This document shows, in pieces, positions 7,676 through 16,375 of a stretch of DNA of 24,000 nucleotides. The notes beneath the pieces are model-generated. The model was not told the DNA's origin. It did not search any database and was given only the letters and a program-made list of their open reading frames with translations. Position 1 is the first letter of the stretch. Each line of letters starts with the position of its first letter. Both the position numbers and the translations under genes were made by a program. This DNA is from Paraconexibacter antarcticus (lineage in GTDB: Bacteria > Actinomycetota > Thermoleophilia > Solirubrobacterales > Solirubrobacteraceae), in NCBI RefSeq assembly GCF_024220175.1, contig NZ_CP098502.1, forward strand, positions 3,142,514-3,166,513, written 5' to 3'.

Positions 7676-9966
7676 GCCCGGCGACCGCCGCGCCCGCGCC
7701 GCCGCCGTCCCGCCCGGCGGCGCCCGCCGCGGTCGTCCCGCCCGACGAGGCGCCCGTGCGGAGCGGCCCGCTCTTCCTCGCGCGGCCGGTCCGGCTCGTC
7801 GCCTTCGCGCTGCTCGCGCTGCTCGTCGCGCGGCGGTGGGAGCGCCTCGCCGACCCGATCCTCGGCGACGCCGCCGCCCGGTCGGTCCTCCTCGCCGTCA
7901 CGGCCGGAGCGCTCCTGCACCTCCGCCCGCTCCTGCCACGTACCGCCCGCCCGCCGGCCGCGGCCGCCCTGGCGGTCGCCGCACTCGTCGCAGCGCTCCT
8001 CGTCGCCGGGGTCCCGCTCCACGACCTCAGGCCACACCGCTGGGACGACCTCGCGCGCGGCATCGGCGACGGTCTCGCCGCGCTCCCGGACCTCCGCGTC
8101 CCCTACCGGGGTGAGCAGGAGTGGATCCGCCGGACGCTCGCGCTCGGCGGGGCCCTGCTGCTCCTGCTCGCGGCCGTGTGCTGCTGCGCCGGGCGTGGGC
8201 GTCCCGGGCTCGCCGCCGGCGTCCTGCTGACGGCCTACGTGATCGCGGTCACCCAGGTCGAGCAGCGGCACGCGATCGGCGACGGCGTCCTCCTCACCGT
8301 CCTGCTCGCCCTCCTCCTGCTCGGCGAGCGCGTCCGGATGGACCAGGCCACGGCCGCCGGCCTCTGCCTCGCCGCCGCGGTCGGGCTCGGGACGGTCGCG
8401 GTGCACCGGCTCGACGGCGCCCGCCCGTGGATCGACTACCGCGGCCTCGGCAGCCGGCTCGGCTCCGGACCGCTCGAGCGCTTCTCGTGGACCCACACCT
8501 ACGGCGCCCTGCCGTGGACGCGGGACGCGCGGCCGGTCCTCCGCGTCAAGGCCGTCGTCCCCGGCTACTGGAAGGCCGTCTCGCTCGACCGCTTCGACGG
8601 CCGGCGCTGGCGCCGCGCCGCCCGCCCGCTGCCCGGCACCCCGCCGCGGGACCGGGCCCGCGCACCCCGCGCCTGGACGCAGGAGGTGTCGGTCGACGTC
8701 GCCGACCTGCGCTCCCCGCAGCTCTACGCGCCCGGGGAGATCCTCGCGATCACCCGGTCGAGCGTCGCCGCGCGCCCGGACACGCCGGGGACGGAGGTGA
8801 CGGCGGGCCGCGACATGGTCCGCGGCGACACGTACGTCGCCCGGGTCTACAGTCCGAGCCCCTCGGTGGCGCAGCTCGCGCGGGCCGGCGTCGACTACCC
8901 CGCCGAGGTCCTCGGCGCGCTCCGGCTCGACGACCCCGGCGTCGCCGGCAGCGCCCGTGTGGTGCCGGTCGCGGACGGGCTGAGCTTCGCCTTCGCGCCG
9001 TACGGTGCCGCCGGGTCTCCGGCCCCGCGCCTGCAGCTCGCCGACACACGCGACGTCGGCGACGGGACCGCCGAGCTCGTGCACTCCCCGTACGCGCGGA
9101 TGTGGGCGCTCGCCCAGCGGCTGAAGGCCGCGTCGACGTCGCCGCTGGACTACGTGCGGCGGGTGCAGGCGCGGGTGCGGTCCGGCGCCACCTACGACGA
9201 GCACCCGCCCCGCGCGTCGGCCGCCGACCCGCTCGCCGACTTCCTCTTCGGCACGCGGCGCGGGTACTGCCAGCAGTTCTCCGGGGCGATGGCGCTGCTG
9301 CTGCGGATGGGCGGGGTGCCCGCTCGCGTCGCCGAGGGGTTCGCGCCCGGGACGTTCGACGTGGGGCAGGGGCGCTACGTCGTCCACGACAGCGACGCCC
9401 ACTCGTGGGTCGAGGTCTACTACCCGCACATCGGCTGGACCGTCGTCGACCCGACGCCGGCGCTCGCGCCCGCCGCCTCGCAGTTCGACCTCGCCTCGGC
9501 GACCGCCACCGCCGCCCCGAAGGCCGGCGCGACCGGGGCCACCGCGGCCGGTGACCGCGCCGGCGGCGCGGCGCCCGGCGCGAGCGCGGTCGCGGGCGGC
9601 GGCGGCGGGGGAGGGCCCGGGGCCCTGCTGCTCGCCGGCGCGGGCGCCGCGCTCATGCTCCTCGCCGGCGGCGGGATCGCCGTGCGGCACCGGCGCGCCC
9701 GGCGCCACGCCGCCGTGCCGCCGGAGCTCCGCGACCTCGCGCACGCGCTGCACCGCGCGGGCGTCGTCCTGCCGCCCGCCACGACCCTCGCGGGGCTCGC
9801 CGCCGCGCACACGCGCACCCCCGAGGCCCGGGCGCGGGTCGAGGCGCTCGCCCGCGCCCGCTACGCCGTGACCGGGGCGGCGGCGCCGGTCCGCCTCACC
9901 CGCGCCGAGCGGCGCGTGCTGCGTCGCGGGCTGCGGCCCGCGCCCGGCCCGCCGCCGTCCCGCTGA
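7672..9966 (+). CDS. Membrane-anchored transglutaminase-like (TgpA-type) protein
   Basis: GTG at 7672 overlaps the DUF58 stop. About 764 aa with multiple N-terminal TM segments; transglutaminase core TRRGYCQQFSGAMALLLRMGGVPARVAEGFAPG...DSDAHSWVEVYYPHIGWTVVDPTPA (Cys/His/Asp triad); Gly-rich linker, C-terminal TM and cytoplasmic tail. Confidence 0.87.
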   Translation: MSPATAAPAPPPSRPAAPAAVVPPDEAPVRSGPLFLARPVRLVAFALLALLVARRWERLADPILGDAAARSVLLAVTAGALLHLRPLLPRTARPPAAAALAVAALVAALLVAGVPLHDLRPHRWDDLARGIGDGLAALPDLRVPYRGEQEWIRRTLALGGALLLLLAAVCCCAGRGRPGLAAGVLLTAYVIAVTQVEQRHAIGDGVLLTVLLALLLLGERVRMDQATAAGLCLAAAVGLGTVAVHRLDGARPWIDYRGLGSRLGSGPLERFSWTHTYGALPWTRDARPVLRVKAVVPGYWKAVSLDRFDGRRWRRAARPLPGTPPRDRARAPRAWTQEVSVDVADLRSPQLYAPGEILAITRSSVAARPDTPGTEVTAGRDMVRGDTYVARVYSPSPSVAQLARAGVDYPAEVLGALRLDDPGVAGSARVVPVADGLSFAFAPYGAAGSPAPRLQLADTRDVGDGTAELVHSPYARMWALAQRLKAASTSPLDYVRRVQARVRSGATYDEHPPRASAADPLADFLFGTRRGYCQQFSGAMALLLRMGGVPARVAEGFAPGTFDVGQGRYVVHDSDAHSWVEVYYPHIGWTVVDPTPALAPAASQFDLASATATAAPKAGATGATAAGDRAGGAAPGASAVAGGGGGGGPGALLLAGAGAALMLLAGGGIAVRHRRARRHAAVPPELRDLAHALHRAGVVLPPATTLAGLAAAHTRTPEARARVEALARARYAVTGAAAPVRLTRAERRVLRRGLRPAPGPPPSR

Positions 9967-10019
9967 GCCGGCCCGACCGGCCGGACGCGACGGGACCGCG
10001 TCCTACACTCGGTGCAGGC

Positions 10020-10388
10020 ATGGAATCCGCCTACGACCTCTACCGCAACGGCACCGAACTCCTCGACGGCCGCGACTTCCACGCGGCGGCCGTCCCGCTC
10101 CGCCGCGCCGCCGAGCTCGAGCCCGACAAGATGAGCGTCCGTGAGGCCCTCGGGCGCGCGTATTTCGGGTCGCAGCGCTATCGCGAGGGCGCCGCCGAGT
10201 TCGGCGCCGTCGTCGCCCGCGAGCCGACGAACGACTACGCCCACTTCTGCCTGGGTCGCTGCCTGCAGTCGCTCGGGGATCACGCGCGGGCCCGCGCGCC
10301 GCTGACGATGGCCGCCCGCCTGCGCCCGGACCGGAGCGACTACCGCGTCTACCTCGAGCGCTCCGTCCGCGCCGCCGAGGCGGACTGA
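10020..10388 (+). CDS. Small tetratricopeptide (TPR) repeat protein
   Basis: 122 aa; repeats such as AAVPLRRAAELEPDKMSVREALGRAYFGSQRYREGAAEFGAVVAREPTNDYAHFCLGRCLQSLGDHARARAPLTMAARLRPD. Confidence 0.82.
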   Translation: MESAYDLYRNGTELLDGRDFHAAAVPLRRAAELEPDKMSVREALGRAYFGSQRYREGAAEFGAVVAREPTNDYAHFCLGRCLQSLGDHARARAPLTMAARLRPDRSDYRVYLERSVRAAEAD

Positions 10389-10735
10389 CGCGCGGCCTCG
10401 GCCGCGTCGAGCAGCAGGGCGAGCGCCACGTCGAGCAGCCGCTCGTCCGCGAGCGGCCACGGCAGCTCGCCCTGCAGCCACACCTCGCCGGCCCGCGTCG
10501 AGGTGAAGCGGACGAGTCTGAGGCGGCGGTTGCGGTGCAGCAGGTCGGCCGGGTCCAGGCGCCCGGGCTCGCACACCGGCGCCTGCAACCGCAGCAGCGC
10601 CGGCTCCGGTCCGCAGACCGCGAGACCGACGTCGAGCGGCCACCCGCCGACGTCGGGGAAGGTCACGCCCCAGGCCGCCTCGCCGGCCCGGCGCCAGGGC
10701 TGCCCGAGCCCGTGCAGGAACGCCTCGATGCGCAT
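10349..10735 (-). CDS. YbjN / type III secretion chaperone (CesT)-like fold domain protein
   Basis: 128 aa; LLHRNRRLRLVRFTSTRAGEVWLQGELPWPLADERLLDVALALLLDAAEAA resembles the C-terminal half of YbjN-like proteins. No + strand gene explains this interval. It overlaps the TPR ORF end by 40 bp, tail to tail. Confidence 0.58.
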   Translation of the reverse strand: MRIEAFLHGLGQPWRRAGEAAWGVTFPDVGGWPLDVGLAVCGPEPALLRLQAPVCEPGRLDPADLLHRNRRLRLVRFTSTRAGEVWLQGELPWPLADERLLDVALALLLDAAEAARQSASAARTERSR

Positions 10736-10743
10736 CGGCTTGC

Positions 10744-10821
10744 TATGTTTGCCACACAGCTTTCGTAGCCGGCATGTATTTGCCGGTGTCGTTGAAAGCG
10801 GGCGCCCGCCCGCTTTTTTTT
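10744..10821 (+). promoter_or_regulatory. Putative structured leader of the rimP-nusA-infB operon
   Basis: -10-like TATGTT (10744-10749), perfect hairpin CCGGCA-TGTATT-TGCCGG (10769-10786), then an intrinsic-terminator hairpin before the rimP RBS. Confidence 0.45.
10795..10821 (+). terminator. Intrinsic (Rho-independent) terminator or attenuator immediately upstream of rimP
   Basis: AAAGCGGGC-GCCC-GCCCGCTTT stem-loop (9-bp stem, 4-nt loop) with 8 consecutive T (10814-10821) on the + strand. Confidence 0.75.
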
Positions 10822-10839
10822 ATGTCCCGAGGAGAGTCC

Positions 10840-11259
10840 ATGTCCAGCAGCATCCAAGATCAGGTGGAGGCCGCGCTCGCCGCGGCCGAACCCGACGTCG
10901 AGGTGCTGCTGGCCGAGGTCCACGGCGGGCAGACCGTCCGCCTCTTCGTCGACCATCCGGACGGCGTGACGCTCGAGGTCTGCGAGCGCGTCACGCACGC
11001 GCTCGCCGAGCTCCGCGAGCGCTACGCCCTGGAGGTCTCCTCGCCGGGCCGCGACCGCCCGCTGACCAAGCCGCAGCACTTCCGCCGGTTCCTCGGGCGC
11101 CGGGCGAAGGTCCGCACCCGCGGGGACCACGACGGTCGCAGGTCCTTCACCGGCGAGCTCGTCGGCGCCACCGACGACGCCGTCACGATCGCCGCCGACA
11201 CCGGGGTCATCGCGATCCCGTACGTCGACATCCACCGTTCCAACCTCGTCGAGGAGTAA
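10840..11259 (+). CDS. rimP: Ribosome maturation factor RimP
   Basis: Start ATG at 10840 follows the RBS gaggaga. VEVLLAEVHGGQTVRLFVDHPDGVTLEVCERVTHAL...LEVSSPGRDRPLTKPQHFRRFLGRRAKV is the RimP signature; followed by nusA. Confidence 0.93.
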   Translation: MSSSIQDQVEAALAAAEPDVEVLLAEVHGGQTVRLFVDHPDGVTLEVCERVTHALAELRERYALEVSSPGRDRPLTKPQHFRRFLGRRAKVRTRGDHDGRRSFTGELVGATDDAVTIAADTGVIAIPYVDIHRSNLVEE

Positions 11260-11264
11260 TTCGC

Positions 11265-12860
11265 ATGTCACGCGAGATCCTGGAAGCGATGGGCGCCCTC
11301 GCCCGCGAGAAGGGCATTGCCCCCGACAAGCTGCAGCACGCGCTCGAGGACGCGCTCCTGTCGGCCTACAAGAAGCAGCCCGGCGCGGCGAAGTACGCGA
11401 AGGTCATCCTCGACAGCGAGACCGGTGACTACCGCGTCATCGAGCTCATCATCCCGGACCGCCTCGAGGCGCACATGATCGTCGAGACGATCGACGAGAA
11501 CACGTACCTCGACGAGGAGACCGGCGAGTTCGTCGAGCCCGAGGAGGTCGAGATCGGCCCCGACAAGTTCGAGGAGTACGCCGACCAGATCGAGGAGCAG
11601 GACGTCACGCCGGACGACTTCGGCCGCATCGCCGCGCAGACCGCGAAGCAGGTCATCCTGCAGCGCGTCCGCGAGGCCGAGCGCGACATGATGTTCGAGG
11701 AGTACCGCGACCGCGTGGGCGAGCTCGTCACGGGCATCGTCCAGCAGAAGGACGCGCGCTACACGCTCATCCAGCTGCGCGAGCGCGTCGAGGCGCTGCT
11801 CCCGAAGAGCGAGCAGGTCGACGGCGAGCGCTACGAGCACAACCAGCGCGTCAAGGCCGTCATCAAGGAGGTCTCGGCCTCCACGAAGGGCCCGTCGATC
11901 ATCGTCAGCCGGCGCGACGGGGAGCTCATCAAGAAGCTCTTCGAGCTCGAGGTCCCGGAGATCGCCGACGGCCTCGTCGAGGTCGCGAACGTCGCCCGTG
12001 AGCCGGGCTACCGCTCGAAGATCGCGGTCATCTCGCACGCCGACGGCGTGGACCCGGTCGGCGCCTGCGTCGGCCCCCGCGGCTCCCGGGTGCGCATGGT
12101 CGTGTCCGAGCTGCGCGGCGAGAAGATCGACATCATCCCCTACAACGACGAGCCCGCCCGCTTCGTCGCCAAGGCGCTGTCGCCCGCCCGCGTGCGTGAG
12201 GTGCTCGTCGACGACGAGGCCCGCCAGGCGACCGTCATCGTCCCGGACGACCAGCTGTCGCTGGCGATCGGCCGCGAGGGGCAGAACGCCCGGCTCGCCG
12301 CCCGCCTGACCGGCTGGCGGATCGACATCAAGTCCGAGACCGACTTCGCCCAGAGCTCCGGCGAGGAGACCTTCGAGCAGGAGCAGGAGTCCGGCCGCTG
12401 CGCCGCGGTCCTCTCCAACGGCCGCCGCTGCCCGAACGCGACGATCCCCGGATCGCGCTTCTGCGGCCTCGGCCCGCACCAGGCGCTCGCGAAGTTCAAC
12501 ACGAACTCCGTCGTCGTCCTCACGAAGCTCACCGAGGAGGAGATCGACTTCCTCAACAACCCGGCGGCCCTCCCCGAGGACGTCGAGGAGATCGTGACCC
12601 GCGTCGAGGCCGAGGTGGCCGCCGACGAGGCGGCCGGCGCCGAGGCCGAGGCCGAGGTGGCCGACGCCGAGGCCGAGGCCGACGTGGCCGACGCCGAGGT
12701 GGCCGACGCCGACGAGGCGGAGGCCGCGGACGCGGAGGCCGACGAGGCGGTCGCCGACGAGGCCGGGGCGGAGCCCGCCTCCGAGGGCGCTACCGTCGAG
12801 GAGGTCGCGTCCGAGGCCGCGGCCGACGCGCCGGACCCCGAGCAGGAGCCGGCGTCGTAG
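11265..12860 (+). CDS. nusA: Transcription termination/antitermination factor NusA with Cys/His motif and acidic C-terminal extension
   Basis: [34 protein letters not shown]; S1 region; KH regions [33 protein letters not shown] and [24 protein letters not shown]. In the track it is inside ORF 10503..12860. Confidence 0.95.
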   Translation: MSREILEAMGALAREKGIAPDKLQHALEDALLSAYKKQPGAAKYAKVILDSETGDYRVIELIIPDRLEAHMIVETIDENTYLDEETGEFVEPEEVEIGPDKFEEYADQIEEQDVTPDDFGRIAAQTAKQVILQRVREAERDMMFEEYRDRVGELVTGIVQQKDARYTLIQLRERVEALLPKSEQVDGERYEHNQRVKAVIKEVSASTKGPSIIVSRRDGELIKKLFELEVPEIADGLVEVANVAREPGYRSKIAVISHADGVDPVGACVGPRGSRVRMVVSELRGEKIDIIPYNDEPARFVAKALSPARVREVLVDDEARQATVIVPDDQLSLAIGREGQNARLAARLTGWRIDIKSETDFAQSSGEETFEQEQESGRCAAVLSNGRRCPNATIPGSRFCGLGPHQALAKFNTNSVVVLTKLTEEEIDFLNNPAALPEDVEEIVTRVEAEVAADEAAGAEAEAEVADAEAEADVADAEVADADEAEAADAEADEAVADEAGAEPASEGATVEEVASEAAADAPDPEQEPAS

Positions 12861-12868
12861 GTCAGGCC

Positions 12869-13108
12869 GTGGTCCACCCGACCCGCCGCTGCATCGGCTG
12901 CGGAGCGCTGCGCCCCAAGGCGGAGCTGCTCCGCCTGGCCGTGGCGGGCGACGAGGTGGTGCAGGACCCCCGGGCGATCATGCCCGGGCGTGGTGCCTAC
13001 GTGTGTGATCGCGCCTGCTGGGAGCAGGCGCTCCGGCGCCGCGCGGTGCCCCGCGCGTTCAGGCGCAACGTGTCGATCGACCCATCCCTTCTAGACTTAA
13101 CGAGTTAG
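12869..13108 (+). CDS. ylxR: YlxR-family (RnpM-like) RNA-binding protein
   Basis: 79 aa; [20 protein letters not shown]...[19 protein letters not shown]; between nusA and infB. Confidence 0.9.
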   Translation: MVHPTRRCIGCGALRPKAELLRLAVAGDEVVQDPRAIMPGRGAYVCDRACWEQALRRRAVPRAFRRNVSIDPSLLDLTS

Positions 13109-16017
13109 TGGCAACCAAGCGCGTACACAAGATCGCCAAAGAGCAGGGACTCACCGCCCTGGAGCTGCTCATGCAGCTCCGGGATGCAGGGTTCGCTGTG
13201 ACTGCGGCGGCACAGGAAGTCGACGAGGACGAGGTTCTCGCCAAGCTCGGGCTGGGCGGTGCACCCAAGGTGGAGCAGCCGTTCTCCCCGACCCCGAAGG
13301 GGGAGGCCGACGCCGTGGCAGAGACGCCTGCGCCCGCCGTCGAGGAGGCTCCCGTCGCTCCGTCGGTGGAGCCCCAGATCCCGATCCCGGTGCCCGTCGC
13401 CGAGGAGGCCCCCAAGGGCCCGAAGATCCTGCCGGATCCCGTCGCCGAGGCCGCTGCCGCAGCGCCGCCCGCGCCGCCGGCCCGCCCCGCGCCGACCCTT
13501 CAGCCGGCTCCGGACCCGCGCCTCGCCTCGGCGTCCGCCGCCGCCGAGCCCGCCACGCCGCCGCCGGCCAAGCCGCCCGTGAAGCCCGCCGCGAAGTCGT
13601 CGAGCGCGCCCGCCGGCCCGAAGATCATCGCGCAGCCCGAGGCCGCCCCGGCGAAGCCGAAGCCCCGGCGCCAGGAGGCCGCGCCCGCACCGCCGGTGAA
13701 GCCGGCCCCGCGCCCGTCGAGCCAGCCCCCGGCCCGGCCGCCCGTGCCGTCGACGCCGGTCCCGACGCTCCAGCCGCCGCCGGACCCGCGGGAGATCGCC
13801 GCCCGCGCGCTCGCCGCCGAGAAGGCCGCCGCCGAGGCCGCCGCGGCCGCGGCTGCCGCCGCCGGCGAGGCCGCCGAGGCCCCCGCCGCCCCCGAGGCGA
13901 AGGACGCCAAGGGCAAGGAGGAGGAGGCGAAGCCGACCATCACGATCGGTGACAAGCCCGACGCGGGCCGCGGCCCGAAGATCCTCGCGGTGCCCGAGCC
14001 GCCCAAGCGCCCCAAGCGCGACGAGTCCCAGAACCTGCCGGGCGGCCGCAAGGGCGCCCCGACGACCGGTGCCGCCGGCCGTCGCCGCGTCGTCATCGAC
14101 TCCCAGGCCGCCCGTCGCGGCCCGGGCGGTCCCGGTGGCCCCGGCGGCCCCGGTGGCGGCCCGAACCAGCCGCCGCGCCGTCAGCGCCGCGGCCGGCGCC
14201 GTCGCGGTACGTACAACGACTCGGTCGCCGAACTGGACGTCTCCGCGCAGACGTCGATCGACCTCATCAAGATCAACTCGGGCTCGACCGTCAAGGACGT
14301 CGCCGAGTACCTCGGCGTGCCCGTGCCCGACGTCATCAAGAAGCTCATGATGCTCGGCGAGATGGCGACGCTCACGCAGACGCTGGCCGACGACGCGATC
14401 CAGGTCATCGCCGACGAGTTCGACCGGACGATCGAGATCGTCCACGCGAGCGACGACGAGGAGGTCCTGGAGTACGAGGACGACGACGCGGACCTCGTCA
14501 CCCGCCCGCCGGTCGTGACGATCATGGGCCACGTCGACCACGGCAAGACGTCGCTGCTGGACGCGATCCGCCAGGCGGACGTCGTCGGAGGCGAGTCCGG
14601 TGGCATCACGCAGCACATCGGCGCCTACCAGGTCCACCACAACGACAAGATCCTCACCTTCCTCGACACGCCGGGCCACGAGGCGTTCACCGCCATGCGT
14701 GCCCGCGGCGCCCGGGTCACCGACATCGCGGTCATCGTGGTGGCGGCGGACGACGGCGTCATGCCGCAGACCGAGGAGGCGATCGACCACGCACACGCGG
14801 CCGACGTCCCGATCGTCGTCGCGGTGAACAAGATCGACAAGGAGGGCGCGGACCCCACCCGGGTGCGCACCGAGATGACCACCCGCAACCTGCAGCCCTC
14901 CGAGTGGGGCGGGGACACGGAGTACGTCGACGTCTCCGCGAAGGCGCGCACGAACCTCGAGGACCTCCTCGACACGCTGCTCGTCGTCGCCGAGCTCGAG
15001 GACCTCAAGGCCAACCCGGCCGCCGAGGCCTCCGGCGTCGTCATCGAGTCCAAGCTCGACCCGGGCCGCGGCCCGGTCGTGACCGTCCTCATCCAGCGCG
15101 GCACGCTGAGGGTCGGCGACGCGCTGCTGGCCGGCCCGCAGTGGGGCAAGGTCCGCGCGATGCACGACTACACCGGCGCCCGCGTGAAGCAGGCCGTCCC
15201 CGGTGACCCGGTCGAGATCCTCGGCTTCGACGGCGTCCCCGCCGCGGGCGAGACCGTCCGCGTCGTGGAGACCGACAAGCAGGCCCGTTCGCTCGCCGGC
15301 GAGCGCGAGCACCGCCTCAAGACCGAGGCCCTCGCCCGCCGCTCGGGCCGCAAGGTGTCGCTCGACGATGTCTTCAAGCGCGCCCTCGGCAGCGAGTACA
15401 AGGAGCTCAACCTCATCGTCAAGGTCGACGTGGCGGGCTCCCTGGAGGCGATCGAGGACGAGATCGCCAAGCTGCCCCAGCAGGAGGTCCAGGTCAACAT
15501 CATCCATTCGGGCGTCGGTGGCATCACCGAGTCCGACGTCATGCTGGCGACCGCCTCCGAGGCCGCGATCATGGGCTTCAACGTGCGGCCCGTGGGCGAC
15601 GCCCGCGCCGCCGCCGACCGCGAGGGTGTCGAGATCCTCAACTACTCGGTCATCTACAAGGCGATGGACGACCTCCGCGACGCGATGGAGGGCATGCTCG
15701 ATCCGGAAGAGGTCGAGGACGCCGTCGGCGAGGTGGAGGTCCGTCAGATCTTCCGCGCCTCGAAGATCGGCATCATCGCCGGCTGCATGGTCACCTCCGG
15801 CAAGGTCACGCGCGGCGCGAAGCTCCGGCTCGTCCGCGACGGCCGCGTCGTCACTGAGACGCGCATCGACACGCTGCGGCGCTTCAACGACGACGTGCGC
15901 GAGGTCGCCAGCGGCTTCGAGTGCGGCATCACGCTCGTGGGCACGCAGGACATCCAGGAGGGTGACGTCTTCGAGGTGTTCGCCACGCGCAAGGTCGACC
16001 GGGTCCTCGCGAAGTAG
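13108..16017 (+). CDS. infB: Translation initiation factor IF-2
   Basis: 969 aa; IF2-N motif [28 protein letters not shown]; long Pro/Ala/Gly-rich linker; GTPase motifs [39 protein letters not shown]. Confidence 0.98.
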   Translation: MATKRVHKIAKEQGLTALELLMQLRDAGFAVTAAAQEVDEDEVLAKLGLGGAPKVEQPFSPTPKGEADAVAETPAPAVEEAPVAPSVEPQIPIPVPVAEEAPKGPKILPDPVAEAAAAAPPAPPARPAPTLQPAPDPRLASASAAAEPATPPPAKPPVKPAAKSSSAPAGPKIIAQPEAAPAKPKPRRQEAAPAPPVKPAPRPSSQPPARPPVPSTPVPTLQPPPDPREIAARALAAEKAAAEAAAAAAAAAGEAAEAPAAPEAKDAKGKEEEAKPTITIGDKPDAGRGPKILAVPEPPKRPKRDESQNLPGGRKGAPTTGAAGRRRVVIDSQAARRGPGGPGGPGGPGGGPNQPPRRQRRGRRRRGTYNDSVAELDVSAQTSIDLIKINSGSTVKDVAEYLGVPVPDVIKKLMMLGEMATLTQTLADDAIQVIADEFDRTIEIVHASDDEEVLEYEDDDADLVTRPPVVTIMGHVDHGKTSLLDAIRQADVVGGESGGITQHIGAYQVHHNDKILTFLDTPGHEAFTAMRARGARVTDIAVIVVAADDGVMPQTEEAIDHAHAADVPIVVAVNKIDKEGADPTRVRTEMTTRNLQPSEWGGDTEYVDVSAKARTNLEDLLDTLLVVAELEDLKANPAAEASGVVIESKLDPGRGPVVTVLIQRGTLRVGDALLAGPQWGKVRAMHDYTGARVKQAVPGDPVEILGFDGVPAAGETVRVVETDKQARSLAGEREHRLKTEALARRSGRKVSLDDVFKRALGSEYKELNLIVKVDVAGSLEAIEDEIAKLPQQEVQVNIIHSGVGGITESDVMLATASEAAIMGFNVRPVGDARAAADREGVEILNYSVIYKAMDDLRDAMEGMLDPEEVEDAVGEVEVRQIFRASKIGIIAGCMVTSGKVTRGAKLRLVRDGRVVTETRIDTLRRFNDDVREVASGFECGITLVGTQDIQEGDVFEVFATRKVDRVLAK

Positions 16018-16033
16018 CGCGGACCGACCAGCC

Positions 16034-16375
16034 GTGCCCAGCGAACGGATGCGACGGGTGGACGAGGCGGTGAGGGAGGTCCTCAGCGCCGCGGTCACGA
16101 CCGACCTCAAGGACCCCAGGATCGGGTTCGTCACCGTCACCGACGTGAAGACGAGCCCGGACCTGCGCCACGCCCGCGTCTACGTGAGCGTGCTCGGGTC
16201 CGCGGACGAGCAGCAGGCCTCGCTGGCGGGCCTGCAGTCCGCGCACGGCTTCCTCCAGGCCGGGCTCGCGAAGAGCCTGCGGATGAAGCACACGCCCGCC
16301 CTGACGTTCATCCTCGACGACACCGCCGAGCGGGCGGCCCGCGTCGAGCGCCTCACCAGCGGGGGCGAGGCATGA
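16034..16375 (+). CDS. rbfA: Ribosome-binding factor A
   Basis: Frame of ORF 15203..16375, start GTG 16034: SERMRRVDEAVREVLSAAVTTDLKDPRIGFVTVTDVKTSPDLRHARVYVSVLG; between infB and the DHH gene. Confidence 0.93.
   Translation: MPSERMRRVDEAVREVLSAAVTTDLKDPRIGFVTVTDVKTSPDLRHARVYVSVLGSADEQQASLAGLQSAHGFLQAGLAKSLRMKHTPALTFILDDTAERAARVERLTSGGEA

Noticed and set aside
7627-9810. 727-aa minus-strand ORF opposite the transglutaminase gene
   Set aside because: Same GC artefact; the + strand has a clear transglutaminase core and TM segments.
10503-11264. N-terminal extension of the NusA frame
   Set aside because: It covers rimP and the leader in another frame. The NusA homology begins at ATG 11265.
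11268-12479. 403-aa minus-strand ORF opposite nusA
   Set aside because: Shadow ORF with low-complexity Leu/Asp/Ala/Gly composition.
14115-14160. Possible tandem repeat or mobile sequence in infB ([14 protein letters not shown])
   Set aside because: Ordinary low-complexity linker commonly seen between the IF-2 N-terminal and GTPase domains in actinobacteria.
13105-16140. 1011-aa minus-strand ORF antisense to infB
   Set aside because: Low-complexity Arg/Gly/Ala/Leu/Asp-rich translation with no recognisable domain, fully opposite the clear IF-2 gene. Long antisense open frames are expected at this GC content.
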